From an uncultured bacterium (lineage in GTDB: Bacteria; JAJVIF01; JAPKYR01), in contig CBDURU010000120.1 of the NCBI GenBank assembly GCA_965369865.1, positions 1 through 10,377 of the forward strand: a stretch of 10,377 nt of DNA, in the 5' to 3' direction. Under the pieces are notes generated by a model that searched no databases, was not told the DNA's origin, and was given only the letters and a program-made list of their open reading frames with translations. Below are positions 7,210 to 10,377 of this stretch, one piece after another (positions within the stretch are counted from its first letter, which is position 1; every line of letters starts with the position of its first letter). The translations under genes were made by a program, and so were the position numbers.

Positions 7210-7230
7210 GAATCCATCGCCGGTTACTCA

Positions 7231-7239
7231 TGGTATAAT
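7231..7239 (+). promoter_or_regulatory. Putative extended -10 promoter (TGGTATAAT) for the BON lipoprotein gene
   Basis: Perfect TGnTATAAT in the queA-BON gap, about 50 nt before the ATG at 7290. Confidence 0.55.
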
Positions 7240-7289
7240 ACCCACAGGAACTAATTTCACAGTACCTCCCCCCCCTTGAGGTGACACGA

Positions 7290-7628
7290 ATGCATCAGAA
7301 ACATATCCGGATTTTTTATCTATTGACCCTGGTTTTTACCGCGGTCGGAATGGCCTGCCTGTTTTCCGGTTGCGATGTGATGAAAAACACGAAGCTTCAG
7401 AACACGATTAAAGAAGAGCTGAGGCAGCATCGCGATGTACAGTACGAAAAGCTGACGATAAATGTGTTGGACGGTGTTGTTACGATCTCAGGTGAGCTTT
7501 ATACAAGAGAAGAAATTGATAAAGTGGTTGAGATTGTTGAAGGGATCGAGGGTGTGGTTCAGGTAAAGAATATAATGACCCTGCCGGATGATTTTCAATC
7601 GTCAAATCCAACATTTTTGTATTATTAA
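7290..7628 (+). CDS. Small BON-domain lipoprotein
   Basis: Basic N-region, hydrophobic stretch and lipobox-like LFSG/C. BON signature LTINVLDGVVTISG...VEGIEGVVQVKNIM. SD GAGGTG at 7278-7283 favours the ATG at 7290 over the GTG at 7281. Confidence 0.88.
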   Translation: MHQKHIRIFYLLTLVFTAVGMACLFSGCDVMKNTKLQNTIKEELRQHRDVQYEKLTINVLDGVVTISGELYTREEIDKVVEIVEGIEGVVQVKNIMTLPDDFQSSNPTFLYY

Positions 7629-7707
7629 CAGGATTGGGTAATCAAGTGAGACGCATGATACGGGGACGCATGCTTTTGTGTCCCAGGATGGTATTTTTTC
7701 GAAGACC

Positions 7708-7789
7708 GGGGACAGGCACCCAAATTTACCGGGGTAGATAAAATAGGATTGACCTCTAACATAGCCGGTAAATTTGTTTGCCAGTCCCC
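7708..7789. repeat. MITE/REP-like imperfect inverted repeat (25-bp arms, 32-bp spacer)
   Basis: GGGGACAGGCACCCAAATTTACCGG (7708-7732) against CCGGTAAATTTGTTTGCCAGTCCCC (7765-7789): 22 of 25 positions complementary. Confidence 0.75.
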
Positions 7790-7843
7790 TATACGTAAAT
7801 TTTTCTCACTTCTACAAAATTGAACATTGTGTTTCCGGAAATA

Positions 7844-7920
7844 GGTACCGTTGACAAGCAAAGTGAGACAGTTACACCCTCGCGCCTTAACCGGGTACCG
7901 TTGACAAGCAAAGTGAGACA
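7844..7920. repeat. Exact 27-bp direct repeat pair with a 23-bp spacer
   Basis: GGTACCGTTGACAAGCAAAGTGAGACA at 7844-7870 and 7894-7920. Confidence 0.92.
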
Positions 7921-7931
7921 TCTGAAACAAG

Positions 7932-8343
7932 CAAGCATAATGAATCTTCGGGTCGAATGTGCTTGTCGACGAAATAACACAATCCCCATCTACGTAATTA
8001 ATGCCAAATAATTCCAACATACGTGTCGACAAACGGGATGTCGATAACACCATCCCCCCGAAGGGGGGATTACAGGGGGGGTCTTTAGAGTTCAATCCAC
8101 TTACACTGTCGACTAAACCCCGGGTGGCCTCAACAAGCATAATGAATCTTCGGGTCGAACGTGCTTGTCGACGAAATAACACAATCCCCGCCTACGTAAT
8201 TAATGCCAAATATTTCCAACATCCCCGTCTACAAACGGGATGTCGATAACACCATCCCCCCGAAGGGGGGATTACAGGGGGGGGCTTTAGAGTTCAATCC
8301 ACTTACACTGTCGAATAAACCCCGGGTGGCCTCAACAAGCATA
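7932..8343. repeat. 202-bp tandem duplication (two full units plus the first 8 bp of a third)
   Basis: Units start at 7932, 8134 and 8336 (CAAGCATA). Manual alignment of the two full units shows 10 substitutions and no indels (about 95% identity). Each unit contains the hairpin ATCCCCCC-GAA-GGGGGGAT followed by a G run. Confidence 0.95.
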
Positions 8344-8443
8344 CGTGTCGACGTATATCAATTCTAAATATATCCATTCAAATTTTGTTTAATGGAATTA
8401 GTCTAAATCGATCAGCAGGGACGGGTAAGTCACGCAAATCGCG

Positions 8444-10377
8444 TCACCAATACCCATCCGGGGGGAATTTACTAAGGTACATAGAACCATCGTCAGGAAC
8501 ATGGACCTCTACCCCCGGTCCTGGATCGAAATCAATGTTTGGTCCAGCGAATGAACCAACAATATAAACATTATTATCACCGTCAATTGCTATCCCATGG
8601 GCACTAACTCCACTATCAGGTCCTTCCCAGACCCTTGACCATAAATATTCCCCTGAAGGATTATACTTGCTATAGTATGCTTTACCATTAGGCCATGCCG
8701 CACTATGAAAGTTAGTTCCATCGCCTGGGTCCAGATCCACATCTTCGAGAAAACTTCCAGCAATATATAAATTATCATTTTCATCAAAACAATAATTCTG
8801 ATTCAAGCCATTCCATTGATATGCAAATTTGTATGCGCCACTGGAGTCATACCGGCATAAGAATGAGTTACGTTCCTCAGTTGCCGTAAGAATATCTTCA
8901 TCCGGACCTGGATTGAAATCAACCTGATCATAGAAACTCCCGGCTACGTAAACAATCCCTGAAGAACTGGAGGTAACACGGTATAAATATTCCTCTTCAA
9001 TCCCACCCCACGTCCTTGCCCATTGGAAATTTCCATCCGGATCGAATGAACTCAGGAAAGCATCATAATCTCCATTCGATGTGTGAATATCAATACCTGG
9101 TCCGGGATCGAAATCCACTGTGTCATCGAAGCTACCTCCTACAAAAATATTTCCATTAGAATCAATCACAAGATCACGAGATGCGTCAGATTCAATGCCA
9201 CCCCATGTTTTAACCCATTGGAAAACTCCCGATGAATCGAATTTAATTATGAAACTATCGAGGCTCCCATTAGATGTGTAAATACCTTCTTCAGAGCCGG
9301 GATTAAAATCTACAGTATCAAGAAAATATCCAGTAATATAAATATTATTGTTCGTGTCAATTGTAATGGCTCGATCATATATATTTGCTGGTGCTTCTGG
9401 ATATGAGTAAAGAACTTTGTCCCATAACAGGTTTCCCTCATTATCTACTTTCATCAAGTGAGTTTCATTTAGAAAGCCTGCAAAAAACAAAACATAAATA
9501 TAATCAAATGAATCTATGCAGAATCCAATTTTTCTGACTTGAGATGACTCCCCGCCATTTAACATTTTCCCAACCCACTGAAATTCACGGTCCGGATTAA
9601 GCTTAAGAACAAACACATCCTTCCAAACGTTTCCTCCATTGATTGAAGCTCCCTCACCGGGATCATAATCGACACCCCATTTCGTTTCTCCCATGATATA
9701 AAAATTTCCTGTGCTGTCGATCTGGACATCCAAATTCGAAAAATGCCCCTGACTCCAATCCAGTGTCCAGCCCCTGGGTATCGTTTCTGAAACAAGGAAA
9801 TTCTCATTGCTGTCAGAATTCGGAATGTCAGCACTGTCACGGCATCGCACACCAAACCGGTAATCGATGTTTGAAAACAAGTCCGTGAAAGTGTACGGAT
9901 CGTTTGTCGTGAAGACCATCGGCTCCTGGTCCCACGGTTCATCATCTTCGTCAAGGTAAAGGAGATACTCAACGGGTGGTGATTCAGCGTCCGTTGCTGT
10001 CCCCCATTCAACTGTCACAGAGCCCTCCCCCTGAACGACAGTTATCACTCCGACCGCGTCATCCCAAACCGGCGGCGTTGTATCCAGCGTAATCTGACCT
10101 TCTGGTGTCGCTGAAATCACCACGTCATTTTTCTCAACATTCGGCGGATCGACACTGTCCCTGGATCGCACACCGCACCAGTATTCCGTTCCATTATCGA
10201 GATTCATGAACACATGCGGATCGTTTGTCGGCTTTAAAACAGGCGATTGATCCCACGGATTGTCATCCTCATCGATGTAAAGCAGATACTCAACCGGCGG
10301 AGTCATAGCGTCGGTCGCTGTACCCCAGATCACCGTGACCTGGTTTTCACCCGGCACCACACTCGTGACGCCAGTAG
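8444..10377 (-). CDS. Large, probably extracytoplasmic protein with Fn3-like repeats and SBBP-type beta-propeller repeats (5' end lies beyond the window)
   Basis: Two Fn3-like repeats with a 107-aa period (VTVxWGTATD..PPVEYLLY..YxxGVRxRDS), then repeated IDxxGNIYxxGxF-xxxVDFDPGPG...DxFxxKxDxxGxFQWxxTWGG units. The frame stays open upstream of 10360 (TGVTS-VVPG, matching VGVIT-VVQG of the second repeat), so the true start is outside the window. Confidence 0.88.
   Translation of the reverse strand, partial: TGVTSVVPGENQVTVIWGTATDAMTPPVEYLLYIDEDDNPWDQSPVLKPTNDPHVFMNLDNGTEYWCGVRSRDSVDPPNVEKNDVVISATPEGQITLDTTPPVWDDAVGVITVVQGEGSVTVEWGTATDAESPPVEYLLYLDEDDEPWDQEPMVFTTNDPYTFTDLFSNIDYRFGVRCRDSADIPNSDSNENFLVSETIPRGWTLDWSQGHFSNLDVQIDSTGNFYIMGETKWGVDYDPGEGASINGGNVWKDVFVLKLNPDREFQWVGKMLNGGESSQVRKIGFCIDSFDYIYVLFFAGFLNETHLMKVDNEGNLLWDKVLYSYPEAPANIYDRAITIDTNNNIYITGYFLDTVDFNPGSEEGIYTSNGSLDSFIIKFDSSGVFQWVKTWGGIESDASRDLVIDSNGNIFVGGSFDDTVDFDPGPGIDIHTSNGDYDAFLSSFDPDGNFQWARTWGGIEEEYLYRVTSSSSGIVYVAGSFYDQVDFNPGPDEDILTATEERNSFLCRYDSSGAYKFAYQWNGLNQNYCFDENDNLYIAGSFLEDVDLDPGDGTNFHSAAWPNGKAYYSKYNPSGEYLWSRVWEGPDSGVSAHGIAIDGDNNVYIVGSFAGPNIDFDPGPGVEVHVPDDGSMYLSKFPPDGYW

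Noticed and set aside
7830..7843. parS site (TGTTTCCGGAAATA)
   Set aside because: It is two bases shorter than the 16-bp TGTTTCACGTGAAACA consensus, and a similar sequence occurs inside queA.
7844..7920. Mini CRISPR array
   Set aside because: Only two repeats, a short 23-bp spacer, no CRISPR-like repeat terminus and no cas genes in the window.
7625..8249. ORFs across the repeat region (7625-8182 -, 7789-7989 -, 7820-8011 +, 8001-8249 +)
   Set aside because: They are translations of DNA repeats and hairpins with no recognisable domain, and they overlap each other in several frames.

Overview
Bacterial chromosomal window with seven credible CDSs: a sensor-type GGDEF diguanylate cyclase (-), a divergently transcribed non-primary RpoD-like sigma-70 factor with a very basic N-terminus (+), an AbiEi/COG5340-like antitoxin-family gene with no adjacent toxin (-), dnaA (+), queA (+), a small BON-domain lipoprotein (+), and the 3' part of a large Fn3-like/beta-propeller (SBBP-type) protein (-) that runs off the window end. 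Four things stand out. (1) dnaA is outside the usual rpmH-dnaA-dnaN context, has no canonical DnaA boxes in its flanking intergenic regions, and carries substitutions at box-reading residues. (2) dnaA is head-to-head with the orphan AbiEi-family gene, which has a perfect 22-bp palindrome in its leader. (3) The non-coding gap at about 7630-8440 holds a MITE/REP-like inverted repeat, a 27-bp direct repeat pair and a 202-bp tandem duplication; the latter two share a GTYGA(C) core motif. (4) A GTAG-type REPIN-like element lies at 3196-3287. All calls come from manual motif recognition and no database searches were run. A new biological system cannot be demonstrated from the sequence alone; the best candidates are the AbiEi-dnaA locus and the repeat array.
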